A stretch of DNA of 53,299 nucleotides from a virus, in IMG/VR virus record IMGVR_UViG_3300045988_169898; one strand, 5' to 3'. Positions 1-8,884 of this stretch are shown in pieces. Both the position numbers and the translations under genes were made by a program. The notes under the pieces were generated by a model. It had not been told where the DNA came from. It searched no databases and worked only from the letters and a program-made list of their open reading frames with translations. Each line of letters starts with the position of its first letter. Position 1 is the stretch's first letter.

Positions 1-55
1 CCATATTAACACTTACTTGCTCAATCAATATAACAAACAAACCTCTCAAAAAAAA
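1..55. repeat. 55-bp end overlap identical to 53245-53299 (circular assembly / terminal redundancy)
   Basis: The string ccatattaacacttacttgctcaatcaatataacaaacaaacctctcaaaaaaaa occurs at both window ends, giving a unique length of 53,244 bp. 55 nt is a common assembler k-mer, so this is more likely a circularisation overlap than a physical terminal repeat. Confidence 0.9.
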
Positions 56-82
56 ATTTGCAAAATTTTGTCGAAAATCTAT

Positions 83-100
83 ATTATATAATGATATTAT
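83..100 (+). promoter_or_regulatory. Promoter-like motif ATAATGATAT (copy 1 of 3), upstream of the packaging operon
   Basis: TATTATATAATGATATTAT has its core at 88-97. The same 10-mer in an AT-rich TATA context recurs at 12754-12763 and 21068-21077. Each copy lies 38-96 nt upstream of the first ATG of a plus-strand gene block. Confidence 0.4.
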
Positions 101-146
101 AGTACTCTATATATAGAAAGAGAATATAAAGGAATATAGTTTACAA

Positions 147-166
147 ATTTTGAATATAATGTTAAT
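147..166 (+). promoter_or_regulatory. Conserved 20-mer ATTTTGAAYATAAYGTTAAT (copy 1 of 2), sigma70-like -35 TTGAAT
   Basis: attttgaatataatgttaat matches 2609-2628 (attttgaacataacgttaat) at 18 of 20 positions. TTGAAT/TTGAAC is followed 17-18 nt later by TATAAA/TAATAA, just upstream of an RBS. Confidence 0.4.
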
Positions 167-193
167 GAATACCTATAAAAGGAGATAAGCTAT

Positions 194-709
194 ATGGCAA
201 ACAAACAGCATCGAGATTGGGCGGAAATGAAAAATTTGTTTTCTGACCCAAAGTTTTCTCGTCAAGCCTGGAAATCTGTAGGCATCGCTATTGCAATGCA
301 ACCTGCAGTTAAACCTATCCAAGTGCTTGACAAAGACGGCAATGAAACATTTAATAGTCAAGTAGAAAGTTATTCCTACAACAAACTTGCAAAAGACATC
401 AAATCCTTGCAATGTGAAGACCGTGAACCTACTGAGCTCGAGATGATACTCCATTGTCAGATGGTCAAGGCAAGAACTGACACTTCTGCAGCTGTGTTTA
501 TCAGAGACACACTTGGAGCTAAACCTATCGACGAGAGCAAGGTCGACGCACAATTGTCGAACCCCTACGAACAACTTACTGACGAGGAGTTGGAGGCACT
601 TCAGGCTATGCGTGAGAAGAAAGCTCTTGAAGCCGCTAACAAAGAACTGTCAGAGCCTCTGACTAACAACGATGAAGTGGTTGTGGAACAAGATAGTCAG
701 TCTTTGTAA
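194..709 (+). CDS. Putative terminase small subunit
   Basis: AAGGAG lies 9 nt upstream of the ATG. It is the first gene of the plus arm, directly upstream of terL. FIRDTLGAKP resembles the conserved ..GKP segment of small-terminase families, and the C-terminal tail is acidic. The call rests on position and one motif only. Confidence 0.5.
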   Translation: MANKQHRDWAEMKNLFSDPKFSRQAWKSVGIAIAMQPAVKPIQVLDKDGNETFNSQVESYSYNKLAKDIKSLQCEDREPTELEMILHCQMVKARTDTSAAVFIRDTLGAKPIDESKVDAQLSNPYEQLTDEELEALQAMREKKALEAANKELSEPLTNNDEVVVEQDSQSL

Positions 710-968
710 ATGGCTATGGCAACAGCTAAAGGACTGGCGTAACTTGGTCATATTTGCAATCGTGTTCGTTGTCCTATCGAGTGAGATATGGGTACCTTAC
801 CTGATAGGCATCATAACAGGCGACGGCTACTGGTTCGCGATAGGCTCCGCTTGTTGGGCCTTTTGGCTTGCTCCGTTCACACCGTTCCTGCCGCTGTGCA
901 TTGCAATAACATTAGGAATAAGGAAATTGATAGACCTTATTAAAAGGAGAAAAGATGGCGATAGCTAA
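672..968 (+). CDS. Small hydrophobic protein (about 2 predicted TM helices) between the TerS-like gene and terL
   Basis: This 98-aa ORF overlaps the TerS-like 3' end by 38 nt and the terL start by 14 nt. Hydrophobic stretches are VIFAIVFVVLSSEIWVPYLIGII and WFAIGSACWAFWLAPFTPFLPLCIAI. The start codon is uncertain. Confidence 0.45.
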   Translation: MKWLWNKIVSLCKWLWQQLKDWRNLVIFAIVFVVLSSEIWVPYLIGIITGDGYWFAIGSACWAFWLAPFTPFLPLCIAITLGIRKLIDLIKRRKDGDS

Positions 969-2607
969 TACATTAGAAGGTGAAATATTTAGAAGACGTC
1001 TGCAAAAGGACTATGCCGCCTATGTTCAGTATGCAAACCCTGGCTTTTGTATGACTAAGTTTCATAGATACTTGTGTGGAGAGATACAAGAGTTCCTTGA
1101 CATGCCGCCTACTGGCAAAGCAATGGACATACTTCTCTTGTCAGTCCCTCCTCAGCACGGCAAATCATACACCGTCACAGAGACCTTGCCTTCGTGGTTC
1201 CTCGGCAAACACCCTCAGGATGCTGTCATTATATGTTCTTACGACGGCACTATTGCAGAAGGCTTCAGCCGCAAGAACAGGGACAAGTTTAACGAGTATG
1301 CTACTGACGTGTTCAGGGTCCTACCTAACGACCAGGTTCAAGGTGTGGCCTTGTGGGAAACAAAAGATGGTGGACGTTGTCGTGCTGCTGGTCTTAAAGC
1401 CGGTATCACATCATACGGCGCTGAGCTATTCATAATCGACGACCCTATCAAGAACAAAGAGGCTGCTCAGTCGGAAACCATCCTTGCAAAGATACACGGT
1501 GAAATGGGACCTTCGGTTCAGTCACGTATCCATCCCGGTGGTAAACTCATTGTCATACAAACTCGATGGGTTGAGAACGACGTCATAGGTTACATAGAAG
1601 AAAAGTGGTCTGAGTACATATGGAAAACAATCAACCTTCCTTGCGAGTGTGAGGACGAGGCAAACGACCCGCTCGGACGCAAACTTGGTGAAGCACTGAT
1701 GGGTGAACACCTCGGTGACAAGAACATTCCTGCTAAGATTAAGAACGACAACGAGTGGCTTAAGAGTAAGAAAGCACTTATCATTGCAGGCGACGGTGAG
1801 TATACCTGGAACGCCCTGTACCAAGGCCATCCCTCGGCTCAGAACGGTAACTTGTTCCAGGAACACTGGTGGCAACTGTACGATAGGCGAAACGTGAGGT
1901 TCGAGGACTTTGAGTATACTTGCTTGTCGATAGATGCTACCTTCAAGAAAACAGAGACGTCAGACATGGTTGCGATGGAACTCTGGGGTCTACGTCAAAA
2001 CCACGCCTTCTTGTACAAGCTTGTTAACAAACGCATGGGGTTCGTTGATACAGTCGCTCGCATAAAGAAGTTCCTTGAACAATATCCTGGCATAGACGAG
2101 CTAGTCATCGAGGATAAGGCTAACGGCTCGGCCATCATAGATACCTTGCGATACAGTGAGGGTGTTCCTCCTATCGTCGGTGTTAACCCGTTAGGTGGTA
2201 AATACTCCAGAGCACAGGCCGTGTCTCCATTCATTGCAACCCTTGCGGTACACATACCTAACGACTTCAGTGACAGTGAGAACCTCGAGATTGAGTGGGA
2301 CGCTAACGAGAAGCTTACTGGAACTCAGAAGTTTATTATTCAACATAGTAAGTTCCCGTTTATGAAACATGACGATATGGTAGACGCGGAAACCCAGGCA
2401 CTTACACGACTCATCAAACTTGTAACTGGCGAGGAACCGATGCCTGACCGTAACTACTTGGTGTTTAATAAGTGGTACCCGGATATGTGGGAGGATTACG
2501 AACAGATGAACTCTGCTGAACAAGAAGAATTTATAAAGAGGTATGGAGCTCCGTTAGAGTGGGCGCCGGACGACTATGTTCAAACCAAGAGATACAAAAG
2601 TATGTAA
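955..2607 (+). CDS. terL: Terminase large subunit
   Basis: 550 aa with a GGAG RBS. Walker A-like VPPQHGKSYT, Walker B LFIIDDP and the coupling motif IQTRWVEND (TRWHxxD type) are present. The C-terminal RNaseH-like nuclease acidic residues are in CLSIDATFK and KHDDMVDA. Confidence 0.9.
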   Translation: MAIANTLEGEIFRRRLQKDYAAYVQYANPGFCMTKFHRYLCGEIQEFLDMPPTGKAMDILLLSVPPQHGKSYTVTETLPSWFLGKHPQDAVIICSYDGTIAEGFSRKNRDKFNEYATDVFRVLPNDQVQGVALWETKDGGRCRAAGLKAGITSYGAELFIIDDPIKNKEAAQSETILAKIHGEMGPSVQSRIHPGGKLIVIQTRWVENDVIGYIEEKWSEYIWKTINLPCECEDEANDPLGRKLGEALMGEHLGDKNIPAKIKNDNEWLKSKKALIIAGDGEYTWNALYQGHPSAQNGNLFQEHWWQLYDRRNVRFEDFEYTCLSIDATFKKTETSDMVAMELWGLRQNHAFLYKLVNKRMGFVDTVARIKKFLEQYPGIDELVIEDKANGSAIIDTLRYSEGVPPIVGVNPLGGKYSRAQAVSPFIATLAVHIPNDFSDSENLEIEWDANEKLTGTQKFIIQHSKFPFMKHDDMVDAETQALTRLIKLVTGEEPMPDRNYLVFNKWYPDMWEDYEQMNSAEQEEFIKRYGAPLEWAPDDYVQTKRYKSM

Positions 2608-2608
2608 T

Positions 2609-2628
2609 ATTTTGAACATAACGTTAAT
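2609..2628 (+). promoter_or_regulatory. Conserved 20-mer ATTTTGAAYATAAYGTTAAT (copy 2 of 2), upstream of the portal gene
   Basis: 18 of 20 positions match 147-166. It sits in the 45-nt terL-portal spacer. Confidence 0.4.
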
Positions 2629-2652
2629 ATAATATAATAAGAGGTAAATATA

Positions 2653-4698
2653 ATGTCCGAAAAATTAACAAGAGTAGATATGTACTTACAAAGAAACATT
2701 GCCGACCAGTATGTTAATACCGAGGAGGAGAATGAACTTGTAGATAAGTTTGCAGAGTTGTACTCTCTTGCATTGTCAGCTCAACAGAATACCGAGGAGG
2801 CTAATCCTAAGAACCTTGCCAAGTGGCGTAAGGCTTATTATGGTACTCTGAACGCTCTTACAAAAGATGGCGAAGAAAGTACTAGGAAAGGCCGCTCCTT
2901 GCGTAAGATGGTATACGAACTGATAGAGAGTAAGATTGACAACTCTATTCCTATGCCTAAAATAAGACCAAGGTACAAGACTGATCTGCCTCTTGTATCA
3001 GTAACCGAGAATTATTTGAAGTTTGAAGTAGATGGAATATTTACTAAATACTTGAATGATAGAAGTGAACGTGCTACGTATGTAGATGGCACAAGCTGGT
3101 ACAAGGTTTGGTGGGACTCGTTAGACAACACTCACGAGCGTTCAGGCAACGTCAAGATAGACCTTTGCAGAGTTGACCAGATAGTTCCTCAACCTGGTGT
3201 TAGTGACTATCGTCAACTTGAGTACATCTTTGAACGCAAAGAGATTTCGCTCACAAGGATTTGGGACCTCTATCATCGCAGGATAATACCTACCGAGGCC
3301 AACACAAACGTCATAGAAGTTATTTCTTGTTACTACTTAAACAAAGACCGTGTCGTAGGCTTGTTTATGTATGCACCTCATAGCAGACAGGTTATTTGCA
3401 ACGAAGAAGATTGGCAAATTCGTAAACTTAGAACTTGTACAGTCTGTGGTACAGTTAATCCTACCGGTGATACTTGTAGAAACTGTGGCAGCAAAACTTT
3501 TAAGTATGAGAATGCAACAGAGGAAATACTTGAAAACGACATTGAAGAAATTTACAATCCGTATGATGTCGGTGAAACTGACGACGAAAGTGAGAAAGAA
3601 CACTACAAGAGTAGGGTGTTTTTGACTGCAGGCACAAAGATACCTTTCTACAAAATAACTCAACTTCCTTTTATTCCAAGACCTGCAATAAGTTCACTCG
3701 ATAATATTTATGGTACCAGCGAGGTTAAGGTTACCTTGGAGTCACAAGATGCTATTAACAAACTGTTAACTAAAGCACTTGAAAAGACTATGAAGTCTGG
3801 TACGATTTTAACTAAACCTGAAAAACTTAAAATAGGCGACTCTGACGATACAATTAAAGTTTTGTCAGTTAGAACTACCGAGGAAGCAGCAATGGTTCAG
3901 AGTAGAGCCGTGGTAGCAGACACCTCACAAGACCTTGTAATGGCCGCAACACTGTATGAGAGCGGTAAAGCTTCGTCTGGTGTTACAGAGTCCTTCCAAG
4001 GTGCAAAAGATAGTAGTGCTACATCTGGTAAAGCAAAACAGTATGCTGCAGTTATGACCGCAGGACGAATTGAAAGTTTGAGGGTTATGAAATCTGCAGC
4101 CTTTGCAGGACTTTATGAACTTGTACTTAAATATTTACTTGCATTCAGTGACGAGCCTCGAAAATTTGTTAGAGTACTTCCGAACGGTTCTCAAAAGGAA
4201 GAGGTTTGGAACAAATATATGTTCTTGGATAAAGACAAGTATGGCAACATTTATTATCGTGACGACCTTCGTTTCGACAGTGACCCTGCATCTACTTTAA
4301 GCCAAAACAGAGCACAAATGTGGCAAGAAACACAAGATAAATTTGTACAAGGTGCGTTTGGTAATCCGGCAGACCCGAGAGTATTGGAACTTTTCTGGAA
4401 CATTATGGACTCGTTACAATATCCTCTTGCAAAAGTCGTTCTTGCAGGAATAAAGGAAAATTCACAACATTTGCCTCCTGAGGTAGAACAAATGATTATG
4501 ACCAATCCTGAGTTACAGGCTTTAATCGCACAGACCTTGCAATCAGGTGTCGAACAAAGAGGTGGTGCAAGACCTAACAGTGGACCAGTAGGAAATGGAG
4601 CTACACACGCAAGTAATGTAGAACGAACAAACGAGAGGAACAGATCGTTGAACCGAGAGGTCATTTCGAGTCCTCAGTCACAAGGAGTTAGTCAATGA
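2653..4698 (+). CDS. Portal protein (putative), with a zinc-ribbon insertion
   Basis: 681-aa ORF immediately after terL with a GAGGT RBS; size and position are typical of a portal. It contains CTVCGTVNPTGDTCRNCGS (CxxC-x9-CxxC, nt 3436-3492). An ATGA start/stop overlap couples it to the next ORF. Confidence 0.75.
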   Translation: MSEKLTRVDMYLQRNIADQYVNTEEENELVDKFAELYSLALSAQQNTEEANPKNLAKWRKAYYGTLNALTKDGEESTRKGRSLRKMVYELIESKIDNSIPMPKIRPRYKTDLPLVSVTENYLKFEVDGIFTKYLNDRSERATYVDGTSWYKVWWDSLDNTHERSGNVKIDLCRVDQIVPQPGVSDYRQLEYIFERKEISLTRIWDLYHRRIIPTEANTNVIEVISCYYLNKDRVVGLFMYAPHSRQVICNEEDWQIRKLRTCTVCGTVNPTGDTCRNCGSKTFKYENATEEILENDIEEIYNPYDVGETDDESEKEHYKSRVFLTAGTKIPFYKITQLPFIPRPAISSLDNIYGTSEVKVTLESQDAINKLLTKALEKTMKSGTILTKPEKLKIGDSDDTIKVLSVRTTEEAAMVQSRAVVADTSQDLVMAATLYESGKASSGVTESFQGAKDSSATSGKAKQYAAVMTAGRIESLRVMKSAAFAGLYELVLKYLLAFSDEPRKFVRVLPNGSQKEEVWNKYMFLDKDKYGNIYYRDDLRFDSDPASTLSQNRAQMWQETQDKFVQGAFGNPADPRVLELFWNIMDSLQYPLAKVVLAGIKENSQHLPPEVEQMIMTNPELQALIAQTLQSGVEQRGGARPNSGPVGNGATHASNVERTNERNRSLNREVISSPQSQGVSQ

Positions 4699-5360
4699 AA
4701 ACATTTAACAATGAGTTAGTTATTCATAGAGGCGAAACGTTTTCTATGGATAAAGTGGTACAAAACAAAGATGGGTCACCTTACATTGTAAGTAACAAAT
4801 TAAAAAATCCTTATGTATTGGTAGCTGTTTCTACAACAAGATACGACCAAAACAAAAGGTACTTGTTAAACCAATGGCTCCCTCTTAGCGACAAGGTTAG
4901 GTTTTCCATAACAGACCCGATTGACTTAACGTCATTTAAGACGGAAGCAAACGGTATAGTATCGAAATACACAAGCTTTGATGACGTCAACAAAAGAGAA
5001 CCTGTACCTGGCTCTGGCGGAAAGAACTGCATAGTTTCAGGTTACATAGGCGACCAATTTGTGTTTTACGATTATGACGACTGTGTTCTTTATCTCGAAA
5101 ACGAACAAGGTATAAAAGAATATAGATACTGGAACCTTGAACAAGAAGGTTTATTAAAGTATGAGTTTAGGATTACTTGTCCGTTTACACAAGATATAAC
5201 ATCTAAATGGGTAGAACAAAGTTATGTTTACAGTATGACTCTTATGTCTGGCGAATTACCTGAGTCTGGTGAACCGCCATTTGCAAATATAGATACTGTA
5301 CAACCACTACTCATACCTACAAAATTGTCTGTACTAAGTAGTATAAATGGAGGTTTTTAA
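4695..5360 (+). CDS. Hypothetical virion-module protein
   Basis: 221-aa ORF translationally coupled on both sides (ATGA and TAATG overlaps). No motif recognised. Confidence 0.6.
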   Translation: MKTFNNELVIHRGETFSMDKVVQNKDGSPYIVSNKLKNPYVLVAVSTTRYDQNKRYLLNQWLPLSDKVRFSITDPIDLTSFKTEANGIVSKYTSFDDVNKREPVPGSGGKNCIVSGYIGDQFVFYDYDDCVLYLENEQGIKEYRYWNLEQEGLLKYEFRITCPFTQDITSKWVEQSYVYSMTLMSGELPESGEPPFANIDTVQPLLIPTKLSVLSSINGGF

Positions 5361-8300
5361 TGAGCGAACAAAATATTGTTAACGTAATGGTTATACCTGA
5401 CGTACCTAAAGTATTGCCAGGCGAGCAATTATATGTATACGTTCCTAAGGCATCGTTTACTTCTCCCGGTATAATTGCTTATAATGATACCCAGTTTGAA
5501 ATAAACGGTGACTTTTTGTCTATCCGAGACGATTTTATTTTCCCTGAAGTAGAACGGCGACTTGCCGAGCTGAAACAATGCACCGACGACAAGTTGCAGT
5601 TGAAACAGGACAAAGAGGACGACAACATTTCTCTTTCACAACGCCCTGAGCAAAAATCTGTGGTCGGTGCAATAAATGATTTAGGAACATTGACACAAGA
5701 GGCAAAAAATGCTGCTGATCAAGCACAAGCAACTGCTAATGGCTCAATAACAACTGCAAACGAAGCAAAGAGCAGTGCACAGACCGCCGAGAATAATGCC
5801 AACAGTGCGGTAGATAAGGCAAACAATGCGATTGACCGTGCTAATAAAGCATACGAGAAAGCCGCTAATAATGTATACGCGGTAGGGTTTATGACCTTGA
5901 AAGAAGCAATTACGGCTGTGAATGGCTATGACAACACTGTGCTTAAAACAAACGACAATATTCTTGTTGTGGCACAAGGTTCTCCTGACTTGTATGTAAC
6001 GAGCGTTGAAGCAACTAACATACCGTACAACTTTACGACGGTCGACAAATTCAATGACGAGCTTGTAAAGAACACCGTATTGCAGGTTGGTTATTACAAA
6101 GTAGCATTTTATGAAACTGATGGACAGCCTGTTACTGTTGCATACCAGAACATCGTTGTTAAGAGTACTGACTGGGTAGCAAGCACGGAGTTTGCAGACT
6201 TCCCGTACGAGGCAAAAATAGAACTCACTGACTTTGTTGATTACAAAACAGTTCCGCAAGTGGTGTTTGATATTGACGACACAATGAGTGGAAACTATGC
6301 ACCTATTTGTAAATCCGGTGATAAGTGTGTTTACATTTACAGTAAAGTACAAAACGACGTCACACTTAAAACGGTCATCACTTTTGCGCCGAACGTCAAT
6401 GGTGCTAGTGTAACCGGCGGTGGATATAACAATCGTGGCAAATGGGTTGCAAGCACGAGTTATGCAGTTAACGACCTTGTTTACACCGACAATGGACAGT
6501 ACGTGTGTATCGAAGATATTACTTCGACCACAAGTCCCGAACAAGATACTACGCATTGGCAAGCGACTTTTGTTGCGACTGCTCCAGAAGCATTGCCACA
6601 AAAAGCGAGTCCGTTGAAAAGTGGAAGTTTGCCGATAACCGGGTGGAAGAACCTATCCGCGCCGGTGTGGACAGGTGCACAAGGAAACAGTTATGGTGAG
6701 AAAAAATTATTTAATTTAGGCGTTACTTGGGAAAGTCAAGACGCTATGCCTACGACAGGTTGGACGTTTTCTTATTATCAAGATAATCCAACAAGCATTT
6801 TCACAAATACTAAGACGTGGAGCAGAAGTGACGGTGGAATAACAACATATATTGGCGATTATTTTAACCTTAAAATAATGCCCAACGGCAACGTATATTT
6901 TTGGACGACATCTTATAATTTAAACGCAAATTGGCACACATTAACAGAAATAACGCAAACTACTTTATCAAAACAAGGCTACACTATCTCCGACACTTCC
7001 ATAACCGCCAACAGCGACGTCCTTATGGAACTCACCGACGAAGGCGGAGTAAAGCCCTATTCAATGGAAGTAGGTAAGATAACCGTTATCCGCGACACAG
7101 TGCCAACAAACCCTATCCCATACACTTATAAGGTCAAACAGACGAACGCGAGCGGGCAGTTTACTGTGTTAAATCACTTTGTATCGAATATCCCAGTAAC
7201 AAGCGTGAACGGACAAACAGGCGCAGTAACAATCGCCGTGCCTACGAAAACAAGTCAACTCACGAACGACAGCGACTATGTGAGCAATCTTCCCACTGTG
7301 CAAAATGTTGTTTGTAACGATGTTGAAAGTGCGACAACGCTTGATACGACAATAACCTGCGAAGTTGGCGATTTGATTTTGGCACAGATTATTGTAAAAA
7401 GTGCATTGACTTTACCGACAGACTGGACGTTATTGAGAACAATACCTGCTGTCGAAACGACATATAATCAAACATTGTCTTTCGCATACAAAAGAGCAAC
7501 TTCTACGAGCGAAACATTAACTGTTACACAAGCAACTTCGGGAAGAATATATACTAACATTGTGCGATTGAGCGATGCCGCTTCGGTCAGTTATATTCAA
7601 TCTTGCGAAAAGACAAACACAGACACGGCATCTATTTCATCAACAAAACCTGTTACGCCGAATATGGTTGTTTGGGGTGTGTCGTGTAATTTGTGGAACT
7701 CATCTTCGCCTAATGGAGATTGGACGTATTCTCCGTCAACATTAGACTATTATTCACTGCCGCAATCTACGAAACAGCCTCGACTCGGAACATTCATTGA
7801 CAGCAGTGGAGCAGGTGGAAGAACATTCACAGCGTCGATGTCAAATGGTAGCGGAAATGGTATTATGTGCGGAGCAGTCGAAATCGTTGGTGATAAAGTA
7901 GCGAGAAAAGGCGATATATCTACATCATTACCTCAATTAACTGGAACTAGTGTATACGACCCGTTTGGAACGTCAACTGGCGAAAATGGAGTTTGGAAAC
8001 CTAATGGTACTGTAATTGCGTCATCGGTGACATTAGGCTGGGGTGCTGGAACTCATAATTTAGGGACTTACAGTGGCGATAAAACTAAATTAACAGAAAT
8101 CGTTGTAAAACGAGATAGGTTATCCAACCATCTAAATGTTATTGTCCCGAGAACGTCTGTTGCAGATGGAGTATATACTTATACTAAGACTGATGAAGAT
8201 AATACAACTTTCACTATTACTATTAACGCCAACAATGAAATTACCTATAAAGTAACTGGAGCTCGCGCATATACTACGTATTGGTTACAAGAAAATAACA

Positions 8301-8869
8301 CAACTTGGTATTCAACAAAGAAAACTCTTGTCTATACCGCAAGTAGTGAGGTTTGGAACGCCGACGCTATAGTTGAAGTAAACGACGGCGGAGGTTTGAA
8401 GTTGTTTTATAAGAACGAGTTGGACCTTTATTTCTCTCGTCCAAGTGTGCCTAGTTCTCCCATTCGGTGTACTTACAAGGTACGACAAACGTCAGACCAA
8501 GGTCAAATTGTTATTATAAATCAATACGACGGCATTGGGAATATTGACGGAGAATGGAGTGAATACATATATCCGAATGTAACCCTTACGGAAGCTGGGT
8601 TATATGAGATATATGCCCAGAGTCATGATGCGTTCGTGTATTGGGATGGCAAGAAGCTCACGAAAAAACTGTTGCGTGTGAACTATTTGAAATCGAATGA
8701 CACTGAACAAACTGATGTTCAAAGAATATATTTAGTTGTCGACACCATACAAATAACGTCAGAGGGTGTGCTTTCTATTGAAGAATTTAATACGAAATAT
8801 TCGCTCGAAGGCGCGTTAATTACTTCTGGTTCGAGCTTTAGTGGCTTCAAATACCGCAAAATAAAATAA
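5360..8869 (+). CDS. Tail (or head) fibre protein
   Basis: 1169 aa. The N terminus has an Ala/Asn-rich coiled coil (AKNAADQAQATANGSITTANEAKSSAQTAENNANSAVDKANNAIDRANKAYEKAANN). SVNGQTGAVTIAVPTKTSQLTNDSDYV is a classic phage fibre motif. One segment is internally duplicated (..PIPYTYKVKQTNASGQFTVLNHF / ..PIRCTYKVRQTSDQGQIVIINQY). Confidence 0.8.
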   Translation: MSEQNIVNVMVIPDVPKVLPGEQLYVYVPKASFTSPGIIAYNDTQFEINGDFLSIRDDFIFPEVERRLAELKQCTDDKLQLKQDKEDDNISLSQRPEQKSVVGAINDLGTLTQEAKNAADQAQATANGSITTANEAKSSAQTAENNANSAVDKANNAIDRANKAYEKAANNVYAVGFMTLKEAITAVNGYDNTVLKTNDNILVVAQGSPDLYVTSVEATNIPYNFTTVDKFNDELVKNTVLQVGYYKVAFYETDGQPVTVAYQNIVVKSTDWVASTEFADFPYEAKIELTDFVDYKTVPQVVFDIDDTMSGNYAPICKSGDKCVYIYSKVQNDVTLKTVITFAPNVNGASVTGGGYNNRGKWVASTSYAVNDLVYTDNGQYVCIEDITSTTSPEQDTTHWQATFVATAPEALPQKASPLKSGSLPITGWKNLSAPVWTGAQGNSYGEKKLFNLGVTWESQDAMPTTGWTFSYYQDNPTSIFTNTKTWSRSDGGITTYIGDYFNLKIMPNGNVYFWTTSYNLNANWHTLTEITQTTLSKQGYTISDTSITANSDVLMELTDEGGVKPYSMEVGKITVIRDTVPTNPIPYTYKVKQTNASGQFTVLNHFVSNIPVTSVNGQTGAVTIAVPTKTSQLTNDSDYVSNLPTVQNVVCNDVESATTLDTTITCEVGDLILAQIIVKSALTLPTDWTLLRTIPAVETTYNQTLSFAYKRATSTSETLTVTQATSGRIYTNIVRLSDAASVSYIQSCEKTNTDTASISSTKPVTPNMVVWGVSCNLWNSSSPNGDWTYSPSTLDYYSLPQSTKQPRLGTFIDSSGAGGRTFTASMSNGSGNGIMCGAVEIVGDKVARKGDISTSLPQLTGTSVYDPFGTSTGENGVWKPNGTVIASSVTLGWGAGTHNLGTYSGDKTKLTEIVVKRDRLSNHLNVIVPRTSVADGVYTYTKTDEDNTTFTITINANNEITYKVTGARAYTTYWLQENNTTWYSTKKTLVYTASSEVWNADAIVEVNDGGGLKLFYKNELDLYFSRPSVPSSPIRCTYKVRQTSDQGQIVIINQYDGIGNIDGEWSEYIYPNVTLTEAGLYEIYAQSHDAFVYWDGKKLTKKLLRVNYLKSNDTEQTDVQRIYLVVDTIQITSEGVLSIEEFNTKYSLEGALITSGSSFSGFKYRKIK

Positions 8870-8884
8870 GAAGGAGATAAACAT

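Noticed and set aside
5744-6601. 285-aa minus-strand ORF inside the fibre gene. Similar long antisense or alternate-frame ORFs occur at 4254-4664, 12397-12822, 14107-14724, 20329-20685, 22000-22329 and 29098-29463.
   Set aside because: They lie entirely inside much longer, well-supported plus-strand genes. They have no RBS and their composition is Cys/Arg/Val/Phe-rich junk. They are typical shadow ORFs.
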